From the NCBI GenBank assembly GCA_965249275.1, contig CBDFLQ010000006.1:608001-672000 (forward strand): a DNA stretch of 64,000 bases, given 5' to 3'. Positions 1 through 10,390 of this stretch are shown one piece after another (positions within the stretch are counted from its first letter, which is position 1; every line of letters starts with the position of its first letter). The position numbers and the translations under genes were made by a program. This stretch comes from Dehalococcoidia bacterium (GTDB lineage Bacteria; Chloroflexota; Dehalococcoidia; Plut-88900). Below the pieces are notes generated by a model. The model saw only the letters and a list, made by a program, of their open reading frames with translations. It did no database searches and was not told the DNA's origin.

Positions 1-118
1 CGATGAAAACCTCGGGAGAAGGCAGATCGTAGAAGTAGCTGGCGTCGGCCTCTCCGGCGAAAGGGTCACTTTCGAAAGGGATCATCCCTCCCAGGTCTGC
101 GAAAACTACCTTCTTCAT
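1..118 (-). CDS. 5' part of a gene running off the window edge (MKKVVFADLGGMIPFESDPF...); product not assignable
   Basis: ATG at 118-116 with AGGA upstream; frame open to the window edge. Confidence 0.5.
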   Translation of the reverse strand, partial: MKKVVFADLGGMIPFESDPFAGEADASYFYDLPSPEVFI

Positions 119-212
119 AGTGCAATTCCTTCCGGTGAATGGCTGGGCTGATGGGTACTGAGCTCCGCCATTGTAATACAGGGGAGACCGGCAACAAGGC
201 CGGAGCCTGGAG

Positions 213-1295
213 CTACCTGGTGATCTTGACGGTGCGTCGGTGTAGGGAGTATCCGCTCCGTGCCAGAAGCAGAATGGCTCCCAGCGCAATGACGCTAAGG
301 TAATTTATCGAGCGATCGAGCAGGGTGACCGAGAGGGCCTCTTCGGCTGAGAGGACGATGGCAAGCACGCTGGTCATACCGGCCTCGACCAGCCCCAGGC
401 CCCCGGGTGTTATCGGGAATGTAGTGATTATGGAAGAACCGAGCGCGACAAATACGACTATCGAGATGTTTACGTCCAGACCCAGCGAATATATGACCAA
501 GAGAAGACGCGCGGTTTCGAAACCCAAAACGGCGATGCTGAGAACTGTCAGCCGGGGCCAACGGCGGAAGCTCTTGATAGTGCCTTCCCGGAAGCTGTCA
601 TATCCACCTCTGAACTTGGCGGGCAATAATCGGGTTAGGCTCCGGCCGCTCACAACCATGGCAATCGGCACCCCTGCAAGGACGAGGGTCAAGACCACCC
701 CACCCAGCAAGATATAGGTGAGCACGGGGTTCCAATAGGAGCTGAGGAGGAATAATGCAGCGAAGCCGAGCAGTCCGAAAGTGACAACCGTGTCCAAAAT
801 CCGTTCGGCGAAGAGACTGCCCGCCACCAGGGCCAACCTCGCCTTGAGTCTGCTGGTCAGCTGGTAGCACCTGTATATGAAGCCCATCCTGAACACGGAA
901 ACAGAGTTCAGGAACCAGCCCAGGAACCCGATCTCCGAGAGTGTCAGAATCGAAATCTTGTCCTGGGCATTGATGTCCTCACATCCCGAATCTTCCAGAA
1001 GCACCCGCCATCTAATCGATCTAACGGGGAAGCTAAGGTAGTAAATGGCGAAAGCGGCCCCGTACAACACTGGATCGGTCCGCTTTATTTCCAACCACGT
1101 GCTATCGAGGTCCAGATCGAACTGGACCATCAGGAAATATAGGAGGGAGCCGGCGATTGCAATGGCAACTACATTGCGCACGCTTAGGAAGCGCCGGCGC
1201 AGAGAGGAGAAAGTGAGTGCGGTACGACCGCCACCCTCCTGGGAGGTCTCGTCGTCCCGTTTGGTGGAATCGTTTATGTGTTCCGGATCATTCAT
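213..1295 (-). CDS. Lysylphosphatidylglycerol synthase TM-domain / flippase-like membrane protein (UPF0104 family)
   Basis: Multi-TM; motifs RSIRWRVLL, ERILD, PITPGGLGLVE, LLDR; start moved to MNDPEH (1295), just after the rsmG stop. Confidence 0.8.
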   Translation of the reverse strand: MNDPEHINDSTKRDDETSQEGGGRTALTFSSLRRRFLSVRNVVAIAIAGSLLYFLMVQFDLDLDSTWLEIKRTDPVLYGAAFAIYYLSFPVRSIRWRVLLEDSGCEDINAQDKISILTLSEIGFLGWFLNSVSVFRMGFIYRCYQLTSRLKARLALVAGSLFAERILDTVVTFGLLGFAALFLLSSYWNPVLTYILLGGVVLTLVLAGVPIAMVVSGRSLTRLLPAKFRGGYDSFREGTIKSFRRWPRLTVLSIAVLGFETARLLLVIYSLGLDVNISIVVFVALGSSIITTFPITPGGLGLVEAGMTSVLAIVLSAEEALSVTLLDRSINYLSVIALGAILLLARSGYSLHRRTVKITR

Positions 1296-1296
1296 T

Positions 1297-2004
1297 TCAC
1301 AGCGGACGCTTTGCGGGGATACCCGACCTTCGGGGATACCTATCGGGGGTGGGGGCGGTCTTTTCGAACAATAGAAGGCGGCGGTTCTGGTCCAGGCCTT
1401 CCACACTCACCGGGACATCCTGCCGGAAGCTGCCCCCCAGCTCCGAGAGAGCACGTCGGAAATCACCGGGCTCATTCTTGTAGGAAGCGATCTTCTGAGC
1501 CACGACCTTACCCCCGACCCGACAGAAGGGAAGCGTGAACTCCAAGAGGGTAGAAAGGGGTGCCACAGCCCTGGAAACGACGAAATCAAAGGACTCTCTC
1601 AGGTCTTCTCGGCGGGCGAGTGTCTCGGCGCGGCCGCTGAGCACGGTTACGTCCTCCAAGCCCAGGTCCCGGGTCAGATGCTCCAGGAATCTTGTCTTCT
1701 TGCCGATCGAATCGAGGAGGAACAGGGAGATCGAATTACGGGCGATTTTTAGGGGCACGCCCGGAAATCCCGCCCCACTCCCCACATCCAGCAACCGCAA
1801 TGGACCCTCCGGCGGCAGCATCCTGATAACTGTGAGGGAGTCTACGAAATGCTTTAGCTGTATATCCTCTGCGCCGGTAATACTCGTCAGATTGGCCGTG
1901 AGGTTCCAGTCCCCGAGGCGCTCCAAATATAGGCCGAATAGGTCGATCTGGGCAGTTGTCAGGTCGAGACCCAAGGCTCGGGCCCCTTGTATCAGTTTGT
2001 CCAT
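1297..2004 (-). CDS. rsmG: 16S rRNA m7G527 methyltransferase RsmG (GidB)
   Basis: NLTSIT, HFVDSL, LLDVGSGAGFPGVPL, SRAVA, YPRRSGIPAKRPL. Confidence 0.95.
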   Translation of the reverse strand: MDKLIQGARALGLDLTTAQIDLFGLYLERLGDWNLTANLTSITGAEDIQLKHFVDSLTVIRMLPPEGPLRLLDVGSGAGFPGVPLKIARNSISLFLLDSIGKKTRFLEHLTRDLGLEDVTVLSGRAETLARREDLRESFDFVVSRAVAPLSTLLEFTLPFCRVGGKVVAQKIASYKNEPGDFRRALSELGGSFRQDVPVSVEGLDQNRRLLLFEKTAPTPDRYPRRSGIPAKRPL

Positions 2005-2224
2005 TTAGCCCCGAACCCGCAGTTTAGGAGCGCCGGTGCGGCCGGGATGTCCAGACCGATTATAGCACTGCGTACCTATTTATTGCCCACATCCTTCCCG
2101 AGATGCGACGGTTTTATTTGAGAGAAGGAAAGTCGGTTGCAATTTGCATAATCGCAAGGCGGTATGCAGGCTGACGTGAGTATTAGTGCATGATGTACTA
2201 CCATTGTGGAGGGGTAGGAAAAGC

Positions 2225-2872
2225 ATGGCCAACAGGCGGGACCAACCTTATATATGGATAACGTGGCTCACCAAGCTTCTGGTCGGGGAGAATTCCTGTG
2301 AGTGGGCGACCTGGTTCAGGGCCCACTACACAAACTTCCGCCGAGCGCCCGACGACTTCGACAGCGCAGGCTGGCAGATGAACCACACGGCCCTCCTGAA
2401 CAAAGTTCGCGACAGGCTCCAGACCGAGGGGCGCACGGTCTTCGTAGAGAAGCAGAACCGCTTCGTTCTCAGAGGAACCAGTGCCACCCTGGGAGGCAAG
2501 CCGGATTTGATCGCTCTTTCAGGGGACAAAGGCGTGATATACGACGTCAAGACCGGGCAGCCTTCAGCCTCGGACCACGTGCAGGTGATGACTTACATGT
2601 ACGCCGTGCCTCGGGCCCTGGGCCAGTACAGGAACATGGCCTTCGACGGCGTAGTGGCATACCGGGACTACGAGGTGACCATCCCTGCTTCGGCTATCGA
2701 TGAGCAGTTTATTGATAGGCTGGCCACGCTAATACGGAGGATCAGTCGGGCCCAACCCCTGGAAAAAACGCCCAGCGCCATGGAGTGCGGCTTCTGCCAG
2801 ATATCAAAAGAGGAATGCCCTGAACGTGTAGATAGTGAGCCGGAAGAGGGGTTAGTCACGACGGACTTTTGA
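2225..2872 (+). CDS. PD-(D/E)XK nuclease, Cas4/AddB-like, with probable 4Fe-4S staple
   Basis: GKPD...YDVKTG and QVMTYMY motifs; N-terminal Cys (NSCEW) plus C-terminal CxxC-x6-C (ECGFCQISKEECP); AGGA before ATG 2225. Confidence 0.8.
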   Translation: MANRRDQPYIWITWLTKLLVGENSCEWATWFRAHYTNFRRAPDDFDSAGWQMNHTALLNKVRDRLQTEGRTVFVEKQNRFVLRGTSATLGGKPDLIALSGDKGVIYDVKTGQPSASDHVQVMTYMYAVPRALGQYRNMAFDGVVAYRDYEVTIPASAIDEQFIDRLATLIRRISRAQPLEKTPSAMECGFCQISKEECPERVDSEPEEGLVTTDF

Positions 2873-2884
2873 GAGGGTTGGTAG

Positions 2885-3382
2885 CTACCCGCTAAGTTGA
2901 AGCGCCGCCCACACTAGTCCCAGTATCACTTCGATCCCGAAGACTCCCGCCATCCAGTCCGCCCCGTTGGACCGCTTGCCGGTCAGTGCTCTATTCTCGC
3001 CGATAGCCTTGCCGGCTTCCTCCAGGACTTCCCTTCTGAACTCCGCCGCCGGTGCGGAGAGAGATTCCTCGTTATAAAGTACACTGGGAAGGGTATATTG
3101 AACAAAACCCATCCGACGGGTGTATATCAGGAACGCTACCCCGAATGTGGCCAGGGCCAGGGCGCATGACGCGAGGGTTAGGGACAGGGGCGAGGTTGAT
3201 AGCGGTTCATCTTGACTCAGAGCCATCACCGCAATGGGAAATGCCACAGTCACGATAACAATAAGGGCGATCAGCCTGTCTATCCTCTTCTCTACAGAGG
3301 AAACCCTGCGCAAGGACCAGTCATAGGCAGGCACGATCATCTCGTAGGCGAGCTCTAGAGTTTCCTTGTCGGTGTCCTTCAT
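2885..3382 (-). CDS. Hypothetical 3-TM membrane protein
   Basis: Three hydrophobic segments; start uncertain (3406 or 3382). Confidence 0.65.
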   Translation of the reverse strand: MKDTDKETLELAYEMIVPAYDWSLRRVSSVEKRIDRLIALIVIVTVAFPIAVMALSQDEPLSTSPLSLTLASCALALATFGVAFLIYTRRMGFVQYTLPSVLYNEESLSAPAAEFRREVLEEAGKAIGENRALTGKRSNGADWMAGVFGIEVILGLVWAALQLSG

Positions 3383-3504
3383 CGCCTTTCCCCAGATGGT
3401 GCACATAGGAATTTCCTCCTGTAGAATACCATAGGCAGGAGTCGCAGGTATTCCGACTCATCACCACCCGGAATTTCGCAGTTCCCTCACGGCGGGGATT
3501 TCCC

Positions 3505-3533
3505 TTGACAGGTACAATGGGTGCTGGTAGACT
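3505..3533 (+). promoter_or_regulatory. sigma70-type promoter of the str/S10 operon
   Basis: TTGACA-17nt-TAGACT with TG at the extended -10 position, about 100 nt upstream of rpsL. Confidence 0.8.
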
Positions 3534-3631
3534 CGCCATTCGCGGCCACAGGACGTGGTTTGTCGTGTCTAAACAGTAAATTCACTACATGCAGGAACAG
3601 ATAGTAAAGCATAGCCGTTGAGCAAACGAAC

Positions 3632-4045
3632 ATGCCGACAGTCAATCAATTAATAAGGAAGGGCAGGTCCAGGGTCACCAAGAAGACCAAGGCCCCCGCT
3701 CTCCGCGTTTCCTACAACACACTGAAGAATAAGCAGGTACGAAACTCCAGCTCCCCGCAAAAGAGGGGAGTCTGTGTCCGGGTAAGAACCGTGACTCCCA
3801 AGAAGCCAAACTCGGCGCTGCGAAAGGTGGCGAGGGTCAGGCTGACCAACGGAATGGAAGTCACGGCCTACATCCCCGGCGAAGGACACAACCTCCAGGA
3901 GCACTCGGTAGTGCTTATAGAGGGAGGGAGAGTGAAGGACCTGCCCGGCGTAAGATATCACGTAATAAGGGGGTCGCTGGACGCATCCGGAGTAGCAAAT
4001 CGGCAGCAGGGCCGGAGTAAGTACGGAACTAAAAAAAGCCGTTAA
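3632..4045 (+). CDS. rpsL: 30S ribosomal protein S12
   Basis: [29 protein letters not shown]. Confidence 0.99.
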   Translation: MPTVNQLIRKGRSRVTKKTKAPALRVSYNTLKNKQVRNSSSPQKRGVCVRVRTVTPKKPNSALRKVARVRLTNGMEVTAYIPGEGHNLQEHSVVLIEGGRVKDLPGVRYHVIRGSLDASGVANRQQGRSKYGTKKSR

Positions 4046-4220
4046 CCGGGCGACTAGCAGTCGGGGCCCCACCCCAGTGTTGTGTCGCCGAGGCGCGCAG
4101 CCTCGGTTGACCCTCTTCGACCAGATAGACACCCTACTCAGCTAAAGACTGAGTTCCGAACAATATTTTTTGACCGACGTTACACCTATGTCTTCAGAGA
4201 CACATCGATAGAGCGAGAAA

Positions 4221-4691
4221 ATGGCGAGACGAAGACGAGCCGAAAAAAGACGTGTGGACCCGGACCCCAAGTATCATAGCCTGATGCTGGCCCGGTTCAT
4301 CAACAAGACCATGCATTCCGGCAAGAAGAGTACGGCGCAGCGTATCGTATACTCCGCGCTGGATATCATCGAAGACACCGAGAAAAAGAGCGGAATGGAC
4401 GTGTTCGATCAGGCGATTCGAAACACCTCTCCCCTGCTGGAAGTGAAGCCCCGCCGAGTGGGTGGCGCCACGTACCAGGTGCCGCGAGAGGTCAGGTCCG
4501 ACCGCAGCCTCACAATGGCAATGCGCTGGCTTCTGACCGCCTCCCGGGCCAAGACGGGCCGACCCATGGCTCGAAGACTGGCTGAGGAACTTATGGACGC
4601 CTCCAAGGGTCAAGGGGTGGCAGCCAAGCGCCGGGAAGACCTGCACCGCATGGCAGAGGCCAACCGGGCCTTCGTACATTACCGCTGGTAG
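4221..4691 (+). CDS. rpsG: 30S ribosomal protein S7
   Basis: [21 protein letters not shown]. Confidence 0.99.
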   Translation: MARRRRAEKRRVDPDPKYHSLMLARFINKTMHSGKKSTAQRIVYSALDIIEDTEKKSGMDVFDQAIRNTSPLLEVKPRRVGGATYQVPREVRSDRSLTMAMRWLLTASRAKTGRPMARRLAEELMDASKGQGVAAKRREDLHRMAEANRAFVHYRW

Positions 4692-4708
4692 AGATTAAAG
4701 ATAAAGAA

Positions 4709-6832
4709 ATGGCTCAGACGCAGACCATAAAACGAGGCGACCCCGAATCCATGCCCACTCCATCCCTGGAAATGGTCAGGAACATCGGGTTCATCGCTCA
4801 TATAGACGCAGGAAAGACCACCGTAACCGAAAGGGTGCTCTTCTTCACGGGCCGCATCTACAAGATGGGCGAGGTCCACGAAGGCACCGCCGTTATGGAC
4901 TGGATGGACCAGGAGCGGGAGCGAGGCATAACCATCACGGCAGCCGCCACCACCGCTTACTGGAAAGACTATCTGGTCAATATTATTGACACCCCCGGCC
5001 ACGTGGACTTCACAGCCGAGGTAGAGCGAAGCCTCCGGGTCCTGGACGGAGGCGTCGTTGTATTTGACGGAGTTGCGGGCGTCGAGCCCCAGTCGGAAAC
5101 AGTATGGCGGCAGGCCAACAAATACTCCGTGCCCCGGATCTGCTTCGTCAACAAGATGGACAGGGTCGGGGCCGACTTCTACCGCACAATCGATATGATT
5201 GTCGAGAGACTTCAAGGCAACCCCGTCCCGATCCAACTGCCGATGGGCAGTGAAGACGCCTTCGAGGGTGTCGTAGACCTGGTGGAAAACACCGCTTACG
5301 TATATCCCCAGGACGGGGAGGAGGGGCCCGTACGGGTCAATATCCCCGAGAAATACCAGGAATTGGCCGCCCGCTATCGGGACTCGCTTATAGAGCGGGT
5401 AGCCGAGACCGATGACGCGCTCATCGCCAAATATGTAGACGGCCGGGAGATTTTGGTCGAGGAGCTGAAGGCGGCCCTTCGCCAGGCCACTATTGACAAC
5501 AAACTGGTGCCCGTAATGTGCGGCGCCGCCCTGAAGAACAAGGGCATCCAGCTGATGCTGGACGCCGTTTTGGAATATCTGCCTTCACCGCTGGACGTGC
5601 CCCCAGTCGAGGTTACCTCGGCGAAGACGGGGGAAAAGTCCCTGCGGGAAACCTCCACAAAAGCCCCCTTTGCAGCCCTGGCTTTCAAGGTAGTGACAGA
5701 CCCCTATGTCGGGCGTTTGGTTTACTGCCGCATCTACTCCGGGACAGTGAAGAGCGGTTCCACGGTCTTCAACTCCAGCCGGTCAGGCCGGGAGCGGATA
5801 GGGCGCATATTGAAAATGCACGCCAACCACCGGGAGGAGGTCTCCGAGGCCACAGCAGGCGACATCGTCGCTGCCATCGGCCTCAAAAACACCTACACCG
5901 GCAACACGGTCTGTGACCTTCACGCCCCTATTCTCCTAGAGTCCATCACCTTCCCCGACCCGGTAATCTCCGTAGCCGTCGAGCCCCGGTCCAAGATGGA
6001 CCAGGATCGCTTGAACGATGCGTTGGTGAAGATGGCTGACGAAGACCCGACCCTTCGGATGAAGCACGACGACGAGACCGGCCAGACGATAATCCAGGGG
6101 ATGGGCGAGATGCATCTCGAGGTGACCGTCGAGCGGATCAGGCGGGAGCAGAGCGTAGACGTCAGGATGGGCAAGCCGCAGGTAGCCTACAGGGAGACCA
6201 TTACGGCTCCCGGCAAGGGCGTCGGGCGGCTTGTTAAGCAGACCGGTGGCCACGGACAGTTTGCTCACGTTGTGGTCAATTTGGAGCCCCTGGAAGCAGG
6301 CCAGGGGTTCCAGTTCGCAAACCAGATCCGGGGCGGGGACATACCCACCGAGTACATCCCATCCGTGCAGAAGGGGGCCAAAGAGGCCATGACATCCGGT
6401 GTCTTGGCTGGTTACCCCGTAGTGGATGTTAAGGTATCGCTAGTGGGCGGTAGCTTCCACCCCGTCGACTCCTCAGACATGGCCTTCCAAGTGGCAGGCG
6501 CCATGGCCATCAGGGATGGGATCCGAAGGTGCAAGCCCGCGATCCTTGAGCCGATTATGAAGCTGGAGCTCAACACCCCCGGTGATTTCCTCGGAGACAT
6601 TCTGGGTGACATCAACGGGCGCCGGGGCAACATCAGCGGCATCGTCGGGGTGGGCGGCACTCAAACCGTACAGGCCCTCGTTCCCCTGTCGGAATGCTTC
6701 GGTTACGCCACTCACATCCGTTCCCTGAGCCAGGGCAGAGCCATCCACTCCATGGAGTTCGCCCACTACGACAAGGCGCCGGAGAAGATAGCGGAGCAGG
6801 TCGCTACAAGGGGAAGGTACACCGGCCTCTAG
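4709..6832 (+). CDS. fusA: Elongation factor G
   Basis: [34 protein letters not shown]. Confidence 0.99.
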   Translation: MAQTQTIKRGDPESMPTPSLEMVRNIGFIAHIDAGKTTVTERVLFFTGRIYKMGEVHEGTAVMDWMDQERERGITITAAATTAYWKDYLVNIIDTPGHVDFTAEVERSLRVLDGGVVVFDGVAGVEPQSETVWRQANKYSVPRICFVNKMDRVGADFYRTIDMIVERLQGNPVPIQLPMGSEDAFEGVVDLVENTAYVYPQDGEEGPVRVNIPEKYQELAARYRDSLIERVAETDDALIAKYVDGREILVEELKAALRQATIDNKLVPVMCGAALKNKGIQLMLDAVLEYLPSPLDVPPVEVTSAKTGEKSLRETSTKAPFAALAFKVVTDPYVGRLVYCRIYSGTVKSGSTVFNSSRSGRERIGRILKMHANHREEVSEATAGDIVAAIGLKNTYTGNTVCDLHAPILLESITFPDPVISVAVEPRSKMDQDRLNDALVKMADEDPTLRMKHDDETGQTIIQGMGEMHLEVTVERIRREQSVDVRMGKPQVAYRETITAPGKGVGRLVKQTGGHGQFAHVVVNLEPLEAGQGFQFANQIRGGDIPTEYIPSVQKGAKEAMTSGVLAGYPVVDVKVSLVGGSFHPVDSSDMAFQVAGAMAIRDGIRRCKPAILEPIMKLELNTPGDFLGDILGDINGRRGNISGIVGVGGTQTVQALVPLSECFGYATHIRSLSQGRAIHSMEFAHYDKAPEKIAEQVATRGRYTGL

Positions 6833-6847
6833 CCGGCGGAGAACAAT

Positions 6848-7156
6848 ATGGCAAAGCAGAAGATGCGCATTAGGCTTAACGCCTACGACCACAAGATCCT
6901 CGACCAGTCGGCGGAGCAGATAGTCGACGCCGCGGAGAGGACGGGCGCGGGCGTTGTGGGACCTATCCCCTTGCCTACAAAGATCAAAAAGTTCTGCGTT
7001 ACCCGTTCTTCCAACACCTTCAAGGATTCTCGGGAGCAGTTCGAGATCCGTACCCACAAGCGCATCATCGAGGTTCTTGACCCCACAAACAAAACGATTG
7101 ACGCCCTAACCCTTCTGAACCTGCCTGGCGGCGTCGAAATCGAGATCAAACTCTAG
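6848..7156 (+). CDS. rpsJ: 30S ribosomal protein S10
   Basis: [20 protein letters not shown]. Confidence 0.99.
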   Translation: MAKQKMRIRLNAYDHKILDQSAEQIVDAAERTGAGVVGPIPLPTKIKKFCVTRSSNTFKDSREQFEIRTHKRIIEVLDPTNKTIDALTLLNLPGGVEIEIKL

Positions 7157-7174
7157 GCAGGCATTACTTATCTG

Positions 7175-7792
7175 ATGATTGATGGAATATTAGGAAAGAA
7201 GCTGGGCATGACCCAGCGTTTTAGTGAAGACGGCACTTTGCATGCGGTGACGGTCATTCAGGCCGGACCTTGCACAGTCGTCCAGGTCAAGACGTCCGAG
7301 AGGGATGGCTATCAGGCAGTCCAGATTGGATTTGACAAGGCGAAGCGTCTCAACAAGCCGGAGCAGGGCCACATGAAGAGCCTCGGTGAGTTCCGACACC
7401 TTCGCGAAGTCAGAAGTAAAGACTCGTCCGGTTTAGAGGAAGGCGCCACGATTGACGTGAGCATCTTCGAGGCCGGCGAGAAGGTGGACGTGATCGGCAA
7501 GTCCAAGGGTAAGGGTTTCGCCGGAGTTGTAAAGCGATACCACTTTGCCGGCGGCCCCAAGACCCACGGCCAGTCGGACCGGCACCGGGCCCCTGGCTCG
7601 GTGGGTGCAGGCACCACCCCGGGCCGCGTAACAAAAGGCTTCAAAATGGCCGGGCACATGGGCAACGAAAGGGTGACTTCCCAGAACCTAACGGTCATGG
7701 AGACGGACCCCGAGCGTAATCTTCTCTTGCTCAGTGGAGCCGTACCCGGGCCCCAGAACGGCCTGGTCCTCATAAAGAAGAGAACACGCTAG
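7175..7792 (+). CDS. rplC: 50S ribosomal protein L3
   Basis: GKKLGMTQ, KGKGFAG, MAGHMG. Confidence 0.99.
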   Translation: MIDGILGKKLGMTQRFSEDGTLHAVTVIQAGPCTVVQVKTSERDGYQAVQIGFDKAKRLNKPEQGHMKSLGEFRHLREVRSKDSSGLEEGATIDVSIFEAGEKVDVIGKSKGKGFAGVVKRYHFAGGPKTHGQSDRHRAPGSVGAGTTPGRVTKGFKMAGHMGNERVTSQNLTVMETDPERNLLLLSGAVPGPQNGLVLIKKRTR

Positions 7793-7809
7793 AATAGATT
7801 CCCAAATAT

Positions 7810-8592
7810 ATGAAAGCGCAACTGAAAAACAGCTCGGGAGAGGTATTGAGGGAAGTCGAAGTTAGCGACGGCCTCTTTGCTCTCCCGCTGACTAGAACGC
7901 TGAAAGGGCTGCTCCACCAGGCGGTGGTCCGGCAACGGGCCAACGGCAGGAAGGGCCGACCCTCGGTCAAGACTCGGTCCGAGGTGGCCGGAAGCACCCG
8001 CAAGCTGTTCCCCCAGAAGGGTACGGGACGGGCGCGCGCTGGAGGCATCCGCTCTCCGCTGCGGCGGGGTGGTGGAGTCGCATTCGGGCCTCAGCCAAGA
8101 AGCTACTCCCAGCGCATGCCCAAGAAGATGCGAAGACTCGCCATTCGGGGCGCTCTGTCTGCCAAGGTCGCAGACGGTCGCGTAGCGATAATCGAAAACC
8201 TTGGTTTCGAGCAACCCAGGACCAAGGATATGGTCCAGCTGCTGGCCTCCCTCAAGGCTAAGAAGTCGGTGCTGTTGGTCACTCCCGAGCCGAGAGAGGC
8301 GCTTATCAAGTCGGCGGGGAACCTGGAACGGGTCAAGACCCTTCCCGCCCGCTATCTGAACGTATATGACGTCCTGGCCCACGAGAACCTGATCATCGAG
8401 CTTGAAGCGGTCAGAACTGCCGAGGACCTCTGGGCCCCGGGTGGTCGGACCGTTGAAGAAGAACCAAAGGCCCCGGCCGTGCGAAAGCCCCGAACTCGGA
8501 AGCCTGTTGCCAAGGCCGAACCCGAAACTCCTGAACCGGAGTCGACTCCCGAGCCGGAGCCCACTCCCGAAACTGGAACTGAGGAATCGTAA
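7810..8592 (+). CDS. rplD: 50S ribosomal protein L4 with C-terminal basic-then-acidic extension
   Basis: QKGTGRARAG, GGGVAFGP; about 50-aa Pro/Glu tail. Confidence 0.98.
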   Translation: MKAQLKNSSGEVLREVEVSDGLFALPLTRTLKGLLHQAVVRQRANGRKGRPSVKTRSEVAGSTRKLFPQKGTGRARAGGIRSPLRRGGGVAFGPQPRSYSQRMPKKMRRLAIRGALSAKVADGRVAIIENLGFEQPRTKDMVQLLASLKAKKSVLLVTPEPREALIKSAGNLERVKTLPARYLNVYDVLAHENLIIELEAVRTAEDLWAPGGRTVEEEPKAPAVRKPRTRKPVAKAEPETPEPESTPEPEPTPETGTEES

Positions 8593-8595
8593 ACC

Positions 8596-8880
8596 GTGGA
8601 ACTGTTGCAGGTCCTGAAAAGACCAATAGTCACCGAGAAAAGCACCATCCTCCACGAAAGCGACAAGTACGCTTTCGAGGTGATGTCCACCTCCAACAAG
8701 GTGCAGATCAAGGCGGCGGTGGAAAAGGCTTTCGACGTGAAGGTCACCGCGGTCAACACTATAACGGTGCCCGGCAAGACGAAGTTCCGGGGTCGGAGAA
8801 AGATCCAGACCTCGCCCTGGAAGAAAGCAATCGTGACGCTGAGGCCCGGGGACAAGATCGAACTTTTCGAAGGAGTCTAG
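8596..8880 (+). CDS. rplW: 50S ribosomal protein L23
   Basis: PIVTEKS, WKKAIVTL. Confidence 0.98.
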   Translation: MELLQVLKRPIVTEKSTILHESDKYAFEVMSTSNKVQIKAAVEKAFDVKVTAVNTITVPGKTKFRGRRKIQTSPWKKAIVTLRPGDKIELFEGV

Positions 8881-8913
8881 CGAAGCTGATCCCTTTCGCC
8901 TAAGGAAACATAT

Positions 8914-9738
8914 ATGGCCCTGAAAGTATATAAACCAACATCTCCGGGACGGAGGAACGCCACCGGCTCCTCCTTCGAGGAGATCACCAGGAGCAAGCCC
9001 CACAAGGCCCTGCTGCTGCCACTGAAGAAGAAGGCGGGCCGCAACGTCCGCGGCAAGATCACCGTTCGGCACCGGGGCGGGGGCGCCAAGCGCAGGCTCC
9101 GGATTATCGATTTCAAGAGAGACAAGATCGGGGTACCGGGGACGGTCGCTTCCATAGAGTACGACCCCAACCGGACGGCCCGCATAGCCCTTATCCACTA
9201 TGCCGACGGCGACAAGCGGTACATTCTGGCCCCCTGGAACCTCCCGGTGGGACAGACTATAGTCTCCGGGCCCGAAGCCCCGATCAAAGTCGGGAATACA
9301 CTGCCCCTGAGGGTCATCCCCACCGGTACCACCATCCACAACATAGAGATGAAGCCCGGAAAGGGCGGACAGCTGGTGCGTGGAAGCGGTACGGCAGCCC
9401 AGCTGCTGGCCAAGGACGGCATCTACAGTCTGCTCAGACTGCCCTCGGGCGAGCTGCGCCGGGTGGAGAGCGAGTGCAAGGCTACCATCGGGCAGGTGGG
9501 CAACCCGGACCAGAAGAACATGAAGCTCGGCAAGGCAGGCCGTAACCGGTGGAGGGGCAAGAGGCCTTCGGTCAGAGGCTCGGCCATGAGCCCTCGAGAC
9601 CATCCGCACGGTGGCGGCGAGGGTCGGTCCCCGGTGGGAATGCCCGGACCCAAGACCCCGTGGGGCAAACCTGCACTGGGATACCGTACCAGAAGGAAAA
9701 AGAAGTCCACCAGCATGATCGTGAGGAGGCGGAAGTAG
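8914..9738 (+). CDS. rplB: 50S ribosomal protein L2
   Basis: [18 protein letters not shown]. Confidence 0.99.
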   Translation: MALKVYKPTSPGRRNATGSSFEEITRSKPHKALLLPLKKKAGRNVRGKITVRHRGGGAKRRLRIIDFKRDKIGVPGTVASIEYDPNRTARIALIHYADGDKRYILAPWNLPVGQTIVSGPEAPIKVGNTLPLRVIPTGTTIHNIEMKPGKGGQLVRGSGTAAQLLAKDGIYSLLRLPSGELRRVESECKATIGQVGNPDQKNMKLGKAGRNRWRGKRPSVRGSAMSPRDHPHGGGEGRSPVGMPGPKTPWGKPALGYRTRRKKKSTSMIVRRRK

Positions 9739-9739
9739 A

Positions 9740-10024
9740 ATGTCGAGATCGATCAAAAAAGGGCCGTTCATTGACGCCAAGCTGATGAAGAAGGTGGAAG
9801 CGGCGATGGGGTCCAATAAGAAGGTGATCATCAAGACCTGGTCCCGCGCCTCGGTCATCATCCCGGACATGGTAGGGCAGACAATAGCCGTGCACGACGG
9901 TCAGAGGCACATGCCGATCTTCGTGACGGAGAACATGGTCGGGCACAAGCTCGGGGAGTTCGCCCCAACCCGCCGATTCAGGGGTCACATGGGCCGCACG
10001 GAGCAGGCTACCCGAAGGATGTAG
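9740..10024 (+). CDS. rpsS: 30S ribosomal protein S19
   Basis: [20 protein letters not shown]. Confidence 0.99.
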   Translation: MSRSIKKGPFIDAKLMKKVEAAMGSNKKVIIKTWSRASVIIPDMVGQTIAVHDGQRHMPIFVTENMVGHKLGEFAPTRRFRGHMGRTEQATRRM

Positions 10025-10045
10025 GGACAGGAAAAGAGTAGAACA

Positions 10046-10390
10046 GTGGAAGTCAAGGCCCGAGTCAAAGGCATAAACGCATCACCCAAGAACCTGCGCA
10101 ACTTGATCGATACCGTGCGCGGTATGAGGGTGGAGGACGCCATTTCCCAACTCCGGTTCACGCCCATTCCCATGGCACGGATCGTGAGGAAGGTAGTGGA
10201 GTCGGCCGCGGCCAACGCTGAGAACAACTACGACATGGTCCGGGACGAGCTTCGCATAGTGAAGATAACGGCGGATGAAGGGGCCAGCTTGAAAAGGTTC
10301 AAGGCCAAGCCCCGCGGCAGAGCTGCACCTATAATCAAGCGCACCAGCCACTTGACAGTGGTGGTTGACCAGGACGACGGGGAGAATTAA
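10046..10390 (+). CDS. rplV: 50S ribosomal protein L22
   Basis: SAAANAENN, KRTSHLTVV. Confidence 0.98.
   Translation: MEVKARVKGINASPKNLRNLIDTVRGMRVEDAISQLRFTPIPMARIVRKVVESAAANAENNYDMVRDELRIVKITADEGASLKRFKAKPRGRAAPIIKRTSHLTVVVDQDDGEN

Noticed and set aside
2186-3630. CRISPR array near the Cas4-like gene
   Set aside because: No regularly spaced direct repeats here or anywhere in the window
7789-9870. 693-aa antisense ORF, and similar long shadow ORFs (27641-28897, 36774-38036, 58646-60007)
   Set aside because: They lie opposite well-identified genes, carry no motifs, and are expected in GC-rich DNA
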